From a virus (Duplodnaviria > Caudoviricetes), in IMG/VR virus record IMGVR_UViG_3300037742_000080, positions 1-58,327 of that record: DNA of 58,327 bases. One strand, written 5' to 3'. The stretch's first letter is position 1; every line of letters starts with the position of its first letter. The notes beneath the pieces were generated by a model. It ran no database searches. It was not told the origin of the DNA and saw only the letters and a program-made list of their open reading frames with translations. The position numbers and the translations under genes were made by a program. Below are positions 36,335 to 45,509 of the stretch, in pieces.

Positions 36335-38836
36335 TTACCCTCCGGACGCCAGGCTGCGTATGGTTGCCGAGTTGCGCTGGACGATGTTCATGATGACCTG
36401 CTCGCCGGCGTCGCTGCCCATGTAGTCGCCGATGACCCCGGTGTCGAATGCGTTCACTATGCGCAGGTTGGTCTGCGGCGCGGCCTGTTGTTCGCCACCA
36501 CCGCCCTGAGCCTCTTGCATAGCGCGCGCTGTGCCGACCCGGCCCGTGACCGCGGCGGGCCCCTTGACCAGCTCGGGACCATACTCACCAACGATGCCGA
36601 TCTTGCCGGCCGGAATCTGCCCACCATCGTCATAGGCCCCAGAGTAGTTGGACCCCTGAATCTGGGACACGATGCTTGCGCCGGCCGAGGCTACCTGCGC
36701 CATGGCGGCGAGGTTGGCCGGCCAGCCGAGCTCCTGGGCTTTTGCGAGGCCTGTTGCAATAGACATGGCCGCCTGGGTAATGGAGAAGGCCTTGCTGATT
36801 GCGAACAGGGTCTTGTAGGTCTTGGACTGCTCGCCGGCGTACGTCTTTGCCAGGCCGGCAAGGCCCTCAAACAGGGCCTGCCCGCCCTGCAGTTGCGTCT
36901 GTAGGCGCTTCTGCTCCGAGGCGGCCTGTTCGTCGTCAAACTGCTGCTTTAGGCGCTTTAGCAGGTCCTGCCTCTCGGTCTCAGTGACTGCCTCGCTGTC
37001 GAGGATGAGCTGGCGCTTGCGCTCGTAAGAGCGCATGAGCATCTCCTCCTCAGTCAGCAGGGAGTTGTAGAGGCCGTCGCGCTCCGCCTGGCGCTGCTTC
37101 TCGAGGTCCGACAGGGCCTTTGTGCGCTCCTCCTCGGTGCGCGCCGTCAGGTCAGCGCGCATCTGGCTGCCTTCGGCAGTATTGGCCTGGATGATTGCCA
37201 TCCGCTTGTCGTACGACTCCTGGATTACATCCTCCTGGGTCCGCAGCGACTGGCGCAGACCCTCAAGCTCGGCACCGCGCTCCTCCTCCAGCTTCTTGAG
37301 CTGCTCGGAGCGGTCGGCCTCCAGCCGCTTCATGAGGTCGGCGCGCAGCTCGCTGCCGGCCGAGGTGTTGGCCTCAATGATGGCACGACGCTTCTCGTAG
37401 GAGGCCGCAATGGTCTCCTCCTCGGTGCGCAGAGACTCCTTCAGCGACTCGAACTCGCGCTCCTGCTGCTTGCGCTTCTGCTCGGCCGCCTTGGCCGCCG
37501 CCTTGTCCACGCCGGCGCTGGCCTTGCCGTCGCCGCCGACCTTGTACTGTGCGAGGCGATCCGTGCCAGCACCGGCCTTCTTCTTGGCCTCCTGCGCCGC
37601 GTCGTACTCTGCACGCAGGCGCTTGGCTGCCTCCACCTGGTCATCGCTGGCCTTGACGGAAGCGTCGCGCTCACGCAGGGCCTCGTCTATGGAGTCCGTG
37701 CGGGCCTGCTTGATGGCGCGTAGGCGGTTCTCCAGCCGCTGGCCGACTCCGGCCACCGTGTCGTCGTTGAAGATGGCTGCTACGCCATCCTTGAAGGCGC
37801 CGGCGTAGGCCATCACACGGTCCAGGCCTGCTGCGACCTCGACCGTCATGATCTGAATCAGCGCGCGCACGTTGGACGGGAAGTTCTTGAAGGCGCCGAT
37901 GAGGAAGTCCACCGTGGCCTTGCCCTCGTCCTCCCAGCCGCCGAAGCTGTCCTTGAGAAACTTGGTGACGATGTCGACCGTGCGCTGAATGTCCGTGCCC
38001 CAGGCGTCGAACTGCACCGTGATGGACTTCAGGTAGGCGTCAAGCTCGCCCGACGCGAGCATGTCGTTGAGCTCCTGCAGTGCGTCCGTCGCGAGCCTGA
38101 CGGCCGCCTCGATCGCGTCGCCGACACCGCTCTGGGACACGTTGCGGAACAGGGCGTCCCACGTGTCGCCCAGGTTGGCGATGGCGCCGTCAAGGGTGTC
38201 CATGCGGCGCTCCATGGCGCCGGCAAACTGGTTCTCGCCCAGCTTGGTCAGGTACTCCTCGATGGCCGCTGCGTTGTTCCCAACCGTCGTCTTGACGCCC
38301 TGGAACGTGAAGGTGACCTTGTCGCCTTCCTGCTTGGCCTTGATGCCGAACTCCTTCAGGCGCTCGAACTCGCCAGTGGCGGCGTCGGCCACGGCCTCGA
38401 TCATCTGGTTGAGGTCCTTGCCCATCGCACTTGCGGTATTGCCGTACGACGTGAGGGCGCGCTCGCTCGGAGTCAGGCCGAGGTTGACCAGCTTGGTGAA
38501 GCCCTCGACCGCCTGGTTGAGGTCGTAGGGCGTCTTCTGCGCAAACTGCTGGAGGGCGTCGAAGGCGTCCGCCGCCTTCTCGCTCGAGCCTGTGGCGGTG
38601 ACGAGGCCGGCGTTCAGCACGTCAAACTGGCGCTGCACGCTCACTAGCTTGGAGAGGCCGCCCATGACGCTAACCGCCGCGGTCAGGGGGCCGAGCATCC
38701 TAGCGAAGGACGCGGTCAGGCCGGAGGTGGCGCGCTCGGCGCCGCCGCCGGAAGAGGAAAGCCCCTTCAGGCGGCGGTCTGCTTCCGCCACCTGCAGGGA
38801 CTCGACCTTGATAGCTAGGCTAGCTACGTCTGTCAT
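36335..38836 (-). CDS. Tape measure protein
   Basis: 833 aa Ala-rich helical; FAQKTPYDL, TGEFERLKEFG; follows tail chaperones. Confidence 0.92.
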   Translation of the reverse strand: MTDVASLAIKVESLQVAEADRRLKGLSSSGGGAERATSGLTASFARMLGPLTAAVSVMGGLSKLVSVQRQFDVLNAGLVTATGSSEKAADAFDALQQFAQKTPYDLNQAVEGFTKLVNLGLTPSERALTSYGNTASAMGKDLNQMIEAVADAATGEFERLKEFGIKAKQEGDKVTFTFQGVKTTVGNNAAAIEEYLTKLGENQFAGAMERRMDTLDGAIANLGDTWDALFRNVSQSGVGDAIEAAVRLATDALQELNDMLASGELDAYLKSITVQFDAWGTDIQRTVDIVTKFLKDSFGGWEDEGKATVDFLIGAFKNFPSNVRALIQIMTVEVAAGLDRVMAYAGAFKDGVAAIFNDDTVAGVGQRLENRLRAIKQARTDSIDEALRERDASVKASDDQVEAAKRLRAEYDAAQEAKKKAGAGTDRLAQYKVGGDGKASAGVDKAAAKAAEQKRKQQEREFESLKESLRTEEETIAASYEKRRAIIEANTSAGSELRADLMKRLEADRSEQLKKLEEERGAELEGLRQSLRTQEDVIQESYDKRMAIIQANTAEGSQMRADLTARTEEERTKALSDLEKQRQAERDGLYNSLLTEEEMLMRSYERKRQLILDSEAVTETERQDLLKRLKQQFDDEQAASEQKRLQTQLQGGQALFEGLAGLAKTYAGEQSKTYKTLFAISKAFSITQAAMSIATGLAKAQELGWPANLAAMAQVASAGASIVSQIQGSNYSGAYDDGGQIPAGKIGIVGEYGPELVKGPAAVTGRVGTARAMQEAQGGGGEQQAAPQTNLRIVNAFDTGVIGDYMGSDAGEQVIMNIVQRNSATIRSLASGG

Positions 38837-39160
38837 GCTGCACCTTCCAGAAAATACGGTCTAGGGACTTGATTAGCTCGGCCTCCCAGCCCTTCAGTCG
38901 CTTGCCCGTCATGTTAGACCAAGACTGCAGCTCGGTGTACGTCAGCGGCTCGCCCGCGAAGACCTCCCTGAACCACTCCCACACATACCGGAGCTCCTGA
39001 GGCAGCTCCGGCGCGTTCTCAAGCTGAGGCGGCTTCCGCTTCAGCGTCTTCCAGACCTGCATAAGAGACGCACGCAAGGTCTGCTTTGAGCCCTTCGGGA
39101 TCAGGTCGAGCCGGAACTCGTGCTCGGCGAAGGCTGCGAGCTGCTCGACCGCCCCACGAA
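38820..39160 (-). CDS. Tail assembly chaperone C-terminal part (gpGT-like), reached by -1 frameshift
   Basis: Open -1 frame from the slippery site; YVWEWF...LTYTEL..W...E...IKSLD motif. Confidence 0.75.
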
Positions 39161-39547
39161 AAAAAGCGCCCGCTTGCTTGCAGCCATGTCGATGGCGTCC
39201 ATGATCTGCGGGGCTTCCATGAAGAACGCCTCGACGTTTTCGCGGGTGCATGGCTGCTCGAAGGACCACGCGACGACGAGGGACGCAATCAGCCCGCGCT
39301 TGCTCTTGGCAATCTCGGAGGCGCGCTCCTCGCGCGACTCGATGGCCGCGATGCGGAACGCGTCGCGCCTGGACTCGGCCTCCGCCGCCCGGAAAGCGTC
39401 GGAGTCCACGCCGAGCACGCGCACCCAGTGCTCGCTCTTCTCACCGTTCGGAAGGTACAGGGGCAACTGCACCCCCTCGTTTGCCGGACCGCGTGTGAAG
39501 AACGCGTTCATGTGTGCCGCCCCCGCGGCCTTCTCTACATTTTCCAT
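39101..39547 (-). CDS. Tail assembly chaperone (gpG-like)
   Basis: Between major tail and tape measure; VLGVDSDAFR. Confidence 0.8.
   Translation of the reverse strand: MENVEKAAGAAHMNAFFTRGPANEGVQLPLYLPNGEKSEHWVRVLGVDSDAFRAAEAESRRDAFRIAAIESREERASEIAKSKRGLIASLVVAWSFEQPCTRENVEAFFMEAPQIMDAIDMAASKRALFFVGRSSSSQPSPSTSSGST
39158..39164 (-). other. -1 programmed frameshift slippery heptamer T TTT TTC
   Basis: CTT TTT TTC in frame near end of TAC; -1 frame continues to 38820. Confidence 0.8.
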
Positions 39548-39576
39548 CTCAGTTCTCTCCTTCTGTCAGAGGCAGC

Positions 39577-40515
39577 TTACGCGGCCTCGCGGTCAATGAT
39601 GATGTTGGTGCCAGTCGTAGCATCCAGCAGCGCCTGGAACGGCATGCTGAGCGTGATGGGCCCCTCGCCGTCCACGTCGGGCTGACCGCCGGTATACTTG
39701 ATGCGCGGCAGCGTGAACGTGTACTTGTTGCCGGCGCCGTCGGGCAGCTCAAACTCGATGCTCGACTCGGTCTCGTTGATGAACTTGTCGAGCAGGGCGG
39801 AGTTCTCGAAGTACGCCGTGACCTGGCCGGTGACATTCGAGCGGCCGATGGACGGGCGGATGGACTGCTTGGAGCCGACGACGAAGCGGGCCTCCAGGCT
39901 GTTCTCGAGGGACAGACTAATCTCGGTGATGACGGCGATCGGCGTGCCCGCCTCGCTGAGCGTGCCAGTGAACGAGTCGAGCGGCGACGTGGTGGTCGGC
40001 GAGGCGTAGGTGGCGCCCGCGATGATCGCCGTGCCGGTGGACATGTTCTGGCCCAGCACGCCGAAGCTGCCGGTAATCATCGCATTTGCATTGATGGCCA
40101 GTGACATCGTGTTGAACTCGACGCCGGTGAAGCGGTGGTAGGGCTTGTCCGCGGACAGGATGTCGCCGAAGTAGCGCTCCACCGTGAACGAGCGGCGGAC
40201 CACGCCAGCCTTCAGGCGGTCGATGCCCGTGCCACCGCCGTCCGCGGCCCAGGTGCCGAGCAGCACGGCCTCGAGCAGGTCGTCGAAGCTGCCGTAGGAG
40301 AGCTCGATGTTGATGTCGCCACCGACCTGGTAGGCCCCGTGGCGGAAGTCCGCGATCTGCCGGTCGTCGCGCAGCTCCTCAGACTGCAGCGACTCCTTGG
40401 ACAGGCCGAGGGTGGTGCCGGTGTGGCGGATGGGCTTGAAGGCCGGGGTTGCCGGGGTCGTCCCGTAGGTCGCCTCGGCCACGTAGCGCATGGAGTGGCG
40501 GCTGCCGTTTGCCAT
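39577..40515 (-). CDS. Major tail tube protein
   Basis: E.TYGTTP, SEELRDDR, VGGDINIELS; position. Confidence 0.85.
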   Translation of the reverse strand: MANGSRHSMRYVAEATYGTTPATPAFKPIRHTGTTLGLSKESLQSEELRDDRQIADFRHGAYQVGGDINIELSYGSFDDLLEAVLLGTWAADGGGTGIDRLKAGVVRRSFTVERYFGDILSADKPYHRFTGVEFNTMSLAINANAMITGSFGVLGQNMSTGTAIIAGATYASPTTTSPLDSFTGTLSEAGTPIAVITEISLSLENSLEARFVVGSKQSIRPSIGRSNVTGQVTAYFENSALLDKFINETESSIEFELPDGAGNKYTFTLPRIKYTGGQPDVDGEGPITLSMPFQALLDATTGTNIIIDREAA

Positions 40516-40541
40516 GGTGTGTGCTCCTTAAAGGTTGAAGA

Positions 40542-40961
40542 TCAGTTGCGGGACACCCGGGCGAACCAGGTGACTGTCATGCTCACGCGATACCACCCGT
40601 CCACTTCCCGCCCGCGTGAGCGGCCGCAGGAAGCTACCGTGAGCTCGACCCCCGAGTGAGCAAGTCGCTTGCCCGCCTTGAAGAAGTCCGTCAGCTCGTC
40701 CGCCTTGGCCGTCACGGCCGCCTCACCGGTCATAAGCGGGTAATTCAGGTCAATCTGCAGGATGCCGTCGTGGGCGTCCTGCCCCTCGTCGCCTAGCGTG
40801 GCGACCGAGGGCTGGTTCATCAGCACGAAGGCCGACGCCCAGGGGCTTTGGTCCGTCGGCTTGTCGAAGGGGGCGTTCTCGACGGCGTAAGGCAGAACAA
40901 GCGGGGAGTCCTCGACCCCCTGCATCAGCGCCTTCCTCAGCCCCGCGTACGGGTTTGCCAT
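40542..40961 (-). CDS. Tail terminator (DUF4128-like)
   Basis: ENAPF..P, GILQIDL; position. Confidence 0.7.
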   Translation of the reverse strand: MANPYAGLRKALMQGVEDSPLVLPYAVENAPFDKPTDQSPWASAFVLMNQPSVATLGDEGQDAHDGILQIDLNYPLMTGEAAVTAKADELTDFFKAGKRLAHSGVELTVASCGRSRGREVDGWYRVSMTVTWFARVSRN

Positions 40962-40976
40962 CTCAACTTCCTCCTA

Positions 40977-41378
40977 TCAGTGCCCCAAGGCCTGGGCCTT
41001 GGCGCTTACAATCCTCTGCCACTGGGCAATGTGCCTGCGCACCATGCCCTCCGGCGCCTGCCTGCTCCACCCCTCGTACTCGATGCGCTCGGCGTAGGGC
41101 AGGTTGTTGGAGAACCAGACGATGTCCGCCAGGCTCCCCAGGTTGGCCATCGCCTCTGCAAGGGCCGCCGCGCCGCTCGGGTCGTCGCGGGTGATCGCGG
41201 CGCCGGCGGGCGAGTTGATGGTCGTCTGCCAGTTGCCGCGCAGCCGCCCGGTGTCTACCGGGGTGGCCATGATGACCAGCTTGAAGAGCTCCAGCACGGA
41301 CGCGCGGCGGACCTTGTCCACCTTGTCCAGCGCCTTGATGCCGAAGCCCCTCAGCTGCGACTCGAACCGGCCTGCCAC
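40977..41378 (-). CDS. Tail completion protein (HK97 gp10-like)
   Basis: TPVDTGRLRGNW, NNLPYAERIEY, QAPEGMV. Confidence 0.8.
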   Translation of the reverse strand: MAGRFESQLRGFGIKALDKVDKVRRASVLELFKLVIMATPVDTGRLRGNWQTTINSPAGAAITRDDPSGAAALAEAMANLGSLADIVWFSNNLPYAERIEYEGWSRQAPEGMVRRHIAQWQRIVSAKAQALGH

Positions 41379-41382
41379 GTTG

Positions 41383-41748
41383 TCACCTCCGCAGCTGCAG
41401 GGCGTGCACGACCGCGGTGCCCGCCGGGTTGACTGAGTTCACGTCGACGATCGCCCACGTGACGCCTGAGGCCTCGGCGAAGACGTCGCCCTGCTTGGGC
41501 TGCACGCTCGCCTGCACGTAGGCCTGCCGGTCGCCGCGCATGATGGTCTCGCCGTCCACCATCTTCTCCTCGTAGTCGACGACGACGCCGATGACCGGGA
41601 AGACCTGGGCTGCACCGCCCGTCACCGTGCCGTTGACCGGGTCGACGGTGACGGGCGCGCCTGCCCTGCGGACCTCGCAGTCCTGGCCAAACTCGGCCAG
41701 GAGCGCGTCCACGGTGTCCCTCAGGCCGGCGTAGTCGAAGGTCGCCAT
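41383..41748 (-). CDS. Head closure / head-tail joining protein
   Basis: LLAEFG, DGETIMRGD, VNPAG...LQLR; position. Confidence 0.7.
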   Translation of the reverse strand: MATFDYAGLRDTVDALLAEFGQDCEVRRAGAPVTVDPVNGTVTGGAAQVFPVIGVVVDYEEKMVDGETIMRGDRQAYVQASVQPKQGDVFAEASGVTWAIVDVNSVNPAGTAVVHALQLRR

Positions 41749-41749
41749 G

Positions 41750-42274
41750 TCAGGCCCTCCCCAGCTCGCCGGAGTTGCCCGAGCCGATCAGGCCCGCGGA
41801 CTGCAGCGTGAGGGTGACCTCAGGGTAGTCCGGCGTCTTGGCGGAGGCCGACGTCGACTGCGAGGCGTTGAACTTGGTCTGCACCTTGATTGGGCCGACC
41901 TCCTTCAGCGACTCAACGACCTGGCCGCCGCTCGCGTCGAACGTTGGGTCCGGCATGAGCGGCTTGCCAGTCAGCGCGCGGCTGGCCAGCATGCAGGTGG
42001 CAGTGACAAGGGCCGGCGGAAGGCCGCGCAGGAACGAGGTGACGCCGCCGCGTGGCCACTGGGTGCCCTGCAGCCGGCGCAGTTGGTAGCCCACCCAGCG
42101 GTAGCGGCCGTCCAGGTAGGTGGTGGCGTTGACGATAGCCACCTGGAGCTCCGGGTCGGTGCGCGCCGTCAGGTCGACGCCGCGGTCTGCCCAGTAGGCC
42201 CGGACGGTGGCGACGTCCGTGTAGGCGTTCGCACCGTCCACGGTCCCGTCGTTGTCCTGTTGAGTGAAGGCCAT
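41750..42274 (-). CDS. Head-tail adaptor (DnaT-like family)
   Basis: GANAY, AT.YLD, QWPR, VGPI motifs. Confidence 0.75.
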   Translation of the reverse strand: MAFTQQDNDGTVDGANAYTDVATVRAYWADRGVDLTARTDPELQVAIVNATTYLDGRYRWVGYQLRRLQGTQWPRGGVTSFLRGLPPALVTATCMLASRALTGKPLMPDPTFDASGGQVVESLKEVGPIKVQTKFNASQSTSASAKTPDYPEVTLTLQSAGLIGSGNSGELGRA

Positions 42275-42284
42275 GTCTCTGCCC

Positions 42285-42515
42285 TCACTCGATCTTCAGG
42301 TCCGAGGCGCTCTCTGCAAGCACCTGGCCCTGGTCGCGCCAGTCGGCACTGGTCACGGTGGCGATGACGCCGTTGGTCGCCTTGCGGATGGTGGCCTGAC
42401 CGCCCGGAGGCACGCGGACGGTCTGCTGACCGGCGGGCGCCTTCGGGGGCTGGGCGGGAGCCTGGCCCGCCGACGTGCGCGGCTTGGTCATGTCGCTGCT
42501 GGAGTAGCGGGCCAT
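42285..42515 (-). CDS. Hypothetical protein
   Basis: GGAG RBS; late operon. Confidence 0.65.
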   Translation of the reverse strand: MARYSSSDMTKPRTSAGQAPAQPPKAPAGQQTVRVPPGGQATIRKATNGVIATVTSADWRDQGQVLAESASDLKIE

Positions 42516-42528
42516 GGTTGTTCCCTCC

Positions 42529-43056
42529 TTACTGCTTGGCTGCGCGCGCCTTGGCGCGGGTGTAGCCCTCGGCCACGGCGTTGACCTCGTCGCGGGCGAC
42601 CTTCTTGCCGGTCAGCTCGCCGAGGTGCTCGAGGTTCGGCAGGTTGTTCGACGTCCAGTGGGCGTCGACCTCCGGGTCGAGCAGGCCGATCGCTTCGGCA
42701 AGGCTCGGCTTCGCGTCCAGAGCGCCCGACGGCGCATCCTGGGCCGGCTTGGCTGCCTCGGTGGACGTGGCGCTGCCTTGCGCGTCAGCCTGACCGCCCG
42801 AGGCCCCGGAATCCACCTGGGCCGTGCTGCCCGGCTGCTTGTCGCCCTCGGGCTTCTGCTCGCCGCGCAGGGCGTGCAGCTCGGCCTTCTCGGCGGTCAT
42901 CGCACCGTAGAACTCGAACACGCGCTCGAGGGTGGCTGCCTGCTCGGCGCTGCCCTGGAACGTCATCTCGCCGTCCACGAACTCGTGCCCGTTGACATGC
43001 ATGGTCTGGCCGGCGTGGGGGCCGACCAGTACGAACTTCTGATTGACTGATGCCAT
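42529..43056 (-). CDS. Hypothetical virion-associated protein
   Basis: AAGGAG RBS; LDP..D.HWT...LP motif; follows capsid gene. Confidence 0.7.
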   Translation of the reverse strand: MASVNQKFVLVGPHAGQTMHVNGHEFVDGEMTFQGSAEQAATLERVFEFYGAMTAEKAELHALRGEQKPEGDKQPGSTAQVDSGASGGQADAQGSATSTEAAKPAQDAPSGALDAKPSLAEAIGLLDPEVDAHWTSNNLPNLEHLGELTGKKVARDEVNAVAEGYTRAKARAAKQ

Positions 43057-43080
43057 TGATTCTCTCCTTCGCTAGATGCC

Positions 43081-43117
43081 ACAAGGCCCTCCACAAGCAC
43101 GGGGCTCGTGGAGGGCC
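43081..43117 (-). terminator. Hairpin terminator after capsid gene
   Basis: ggccctccac...gtggagggcc stem followed by ttgt on minus strand. Confidence 0.55.
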
Positions 43118-43132
43118 ACCCGACTGGCGGCC

Positions 43133-44062
43133 TTAGTTGGTGACGCCGCTCAGGATTGCCAGGCCCTTCTCACTGAACAGGGCGACGCCGCAGTACCACA
43201 CCACGCGGGTGATGGACTCGTCCGCGTCTTCCTTCTCGCCGACTTCCTTGATGTTGATGCCCGCGGCGCGTTCGGCGGTCAGGCCGGCGATGCCGTGCGA
43301 GCGGCTGCCATCGTCGAAGGTGCCGGCAATGACGGAGGTGGCGTTGGTCGCCGTGCCGCGCGTCTGGTTGATGGGGATCCAGTCGTTGCGGAAGATCGGG
43401 ATGCCGCGGTAGGCGGGCACCTGACGACCGGAGGCCATGGTGTAGATGTCACCCGGCGAGGTACCGCCCAGGCCGCGGAGCAGCGCGAGGTAGGCACGAC
43501 GGGTGCGGCCGTTCATCATCAGGTAGTCCACCTGGCCGTCCTTGTCGGTCACCAGGTCAATCAGGGCGTCGAGGTCGTCGAACGACAGCGCGGCGCCGTT
43601 CGCGGCCCCGTTGCCAGCAAAGAACTTCTGGCCAGCAGCTGCGAGGCCAAGCAGACCGGTCATGTTCGCGCCGGTGCCGTCGCCATTGATGAGCTGGTCC
43701 TGGTACTTGCGGCCGCAGCTCTTCGCCTTGGACGCGATCTGGACAGCCTTCTGGTCGTTGCCGTCGCCGGAGCGGGTGGCTTGGATCAGACCGTTAACCT
43801 CGGCGTCGCCGATGATCGTGGTGAGGGTGGAGGTGACTTGCGTGAAGGTCGCGGCCGCCTTGGCGGTGATGGTCGTGCCGACGCCAGCCATCTGGACGTC
43901 GCCCAGCACGTTCTCGCGGTTGTAGGCGAGGGCGTTGCCGTCGATGCCGTCGAAGGGCAGCAGCTCGAACATCTCGTTGACGGTGATGACGTTCTCGATG
44001 ACGCCAGCGACGAGTTCGTCCTGGGCCAGCTTCGCCGATTCGGCGAGGGTTACGGATGCCAT
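43133..44062 (-). CDS. Major capsid protein
   Basis: TLAESAKL, LPF..I.GNALAYNRE, INGD, DDLDALID, VVWYCG.A; strongly biased codon usage. Confidence 0.88.
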   Translation of the reverse strand: MASVTLAESAKLAQDELVAGVIENVITVNEMFELLPFDGIDGNALAYNRENVLGDVQMAGVGTTITAKAAATFTQVTSTLTTIIGDAEVNGLIQATRSGDGNDQKAVQIASKAKSCGRKYQDQLINGDGTGANMTGLLGLAAAGQKFFAGNGAANGAALSFDDLDALIDLVTDKDGQVDYLMMNGRTRRAYLALLRGLGGTSPGDIYTMASGRQVPAYRGIPIFRNDWIPINQTRGTATNATSVIAGTFDDGSRSHGIAGLTAERAAGINIKEVGEKEDADESITRVVWYCGVALFSEKGLAILSGVTN

Positions 44063-44208
44063 GGTGTTTCTCCTAGACAGAGGTTGATGGTGTGCTTGGT
44101 TTGGTGCCGGATCGCCCGACGATTCGACCCCGGGCCAGGCGTCACGCCTCTGCTGGGTCAGCGAGCGCGGCTCGCGGATGTGCTCCGCGCTCGCACGCTA
44201 TGGTCGGG

Positions 44209-44239
44209 AATATGCCAAGACGGCGCGGGACCGTAACCC
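44209..44239 (-). promoter_or_regulatory. Putative capsid promoter GGGTTACG-N17-CATATT
   Basis: Recurrent motif; TG extended -10. Confidence 0.45.
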
Positions 44240-44472
44240 CATGAACCAGCGCCAACGCGCTTGATCTGGACCGTCTGAACCCCGCGAAGTGCCAGGTCCG
44301 TACAGTGAAAGCCTTGCGCACCAAGGACTTAGGGCCTTTTTAAGCCGTACGAGCCTTGGAGCTCGGTTTGCACCATGAAAACGATCGGCCACCGACTTCG
44401 GGGAAGGTCGGCCACGGTGCTGCCGAGATCCAGAAGCCCTAGATGGCCTAGAAGTCCTTGTCCGGCTTAGAG

Positions 44473-44485
44473 AATCAACCACTTA
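44473..44485 (+). promoter_or_regulatory. IHF-consensus site AATCAACCACTTA
   Basis: Exact match to WATCAANNNNTTR in an AT-rich intergenic region. Confidence 0.5.
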
Positions 44486-44553
44486 GAGCCTTATATAGGG
44501 TTTAGATTGCCTTAGATTAAAGGATAGATAAAATAAATAGAAAATAATTGCTT

Positions 44554-44597
44554 GAGGGGGCTCCCAAGCTGGGAGAAGCCTGCCATAATCATCCCAT
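44554..44597 (+). promoter_or_regulatory. Putative strong promoter GAGGGGGCTCCCA-N17-CATAAT-CATCCCAT
   Basis: Matches 22924 element; long upstream A/T tract. Confidence 0.75.
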
Positions 44598-44624
44598 CAA
44601 CACGACGAACTGCTGGAGACCTCC

Positions 44625-44708
44625 ATGACCATCGTACTTCTTGCCTGCGTACTGACCGGCTGGTACATCGGCCGCCCGACAGCTCGCTTCATCGTCCAAC
44701 TGTTCTAA
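44625..44708 (+). CDS. 27-aa hydrophobic microprotein MTIVLLACVLTGWYIGRPTARFIVQLF
   Basis: GGAG RBS; first ORF after promoter; below ORF-track cutoff. Confidence 0.5.
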   Translation: MTIVLLACVLTGWYIGRPTARFIVQLF

Positions 44709-44718
44709 GGATACCAAC

Positions 44719-44919
44719 ATAAATCGCCCTTTCGCCAACACTGCTGCATCCGACTACGACGCCACCGCCGCTGCGGTTGAACTGCAGCTTGCCAAGCTCA
44801 AGCTCAAGCTTGAAGCCCACAAGGCCAAAGCTAAAGCTGATCCCAAGAATTGGGGCTACTCGGGCGACCTCCGTAAGATCGAGTCTGACCTTGCTGACAT
44901 CCTCGCCTTCATCAACTGA
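44719..44919 (+). CDS. 66-aa helical protein with ATA start (or start-codon mutant)
   Basis: TAAGGA RBS then ATA AAT CGC; open to TGA 44919; PKNWGYSGDL motif; phage codon usage. Confidence 0.55.
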   Translation: MNRPFANTAASDYDATAAAVELQLAKLKLKLEAHKAKAKADPKNWGYSGDLRKIESDLADILAFIN

Positions 44920-44934
44920 ACAAGGAGCACCGCC

Positions 44935-45438
44935 ATGACCGCCAAGAAGACCGCCTTCGCCAATTCCATCGTCACGCAGCTTGAAGATGGTTCCATCGTA
45001 GCAATGACCGACTACGGTGTCATGCTTCGGTTGTCCGAGACCGAGACCTACTCCAACCTCCACGAGATGGTGGACGGCGCCCTCGTGCCTCAGTACACCG
45101 AGCTGCTCGACGCCGCCCTCGACTTCGCCAAGGCCGTCAAGCCCGCCGCCGCGTTCAACTCGACGCTCGTGGCGCACGCCTTCCTCGAGCAGCTGCGCGA
45201 GGACATCGGTGAGGACGACTTCCGCGAGGTGGTCCGCAAGCAGAAGGAGGCGCCCATTGCGGGAGTCTGCTACTCACACGACTACTGCGACGCCAACATG
45301 ACGATGGATGCCGCCATGGCCTCCGTCGGCATCGTGGCGCTGCCCGATGACGAGGAGGGCATGCCCGACCGCGTGGTCGACCTTTGGAACGCTGCGTGGG
45401 ACCACGCCAAGACCCGTATGGAAGCCATGCCCCTCTAA
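44935..45438 (+). CDS. Hypothetical protein
   Basis: AAGGAG RBS; C.SHDYCDAN...WNAAW motif. Confidence 0.75.
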   Translation: MTAKKTAFANSIVTQLEDGSIVAMTDYGVMLRLSETETYSNLHEMVDGALVPQYTELLDAALDFAKAVKPAAAFNSTLVAHAFLEQLREDIGEDDFREVVRKQKEAPIAGVCYSHDYCDANMTMDAAMASVGIVALPDDEEGMPDRVVDLWNAAWDHAKTRMEAMPL

Positions 45439-45509
45439 ACGACGGCATCGTGCGCCCTTAAAGGGGCGTACGATCAACCCATCCAACCTAAGACCAAAAG
45501 GAGAAGCCC

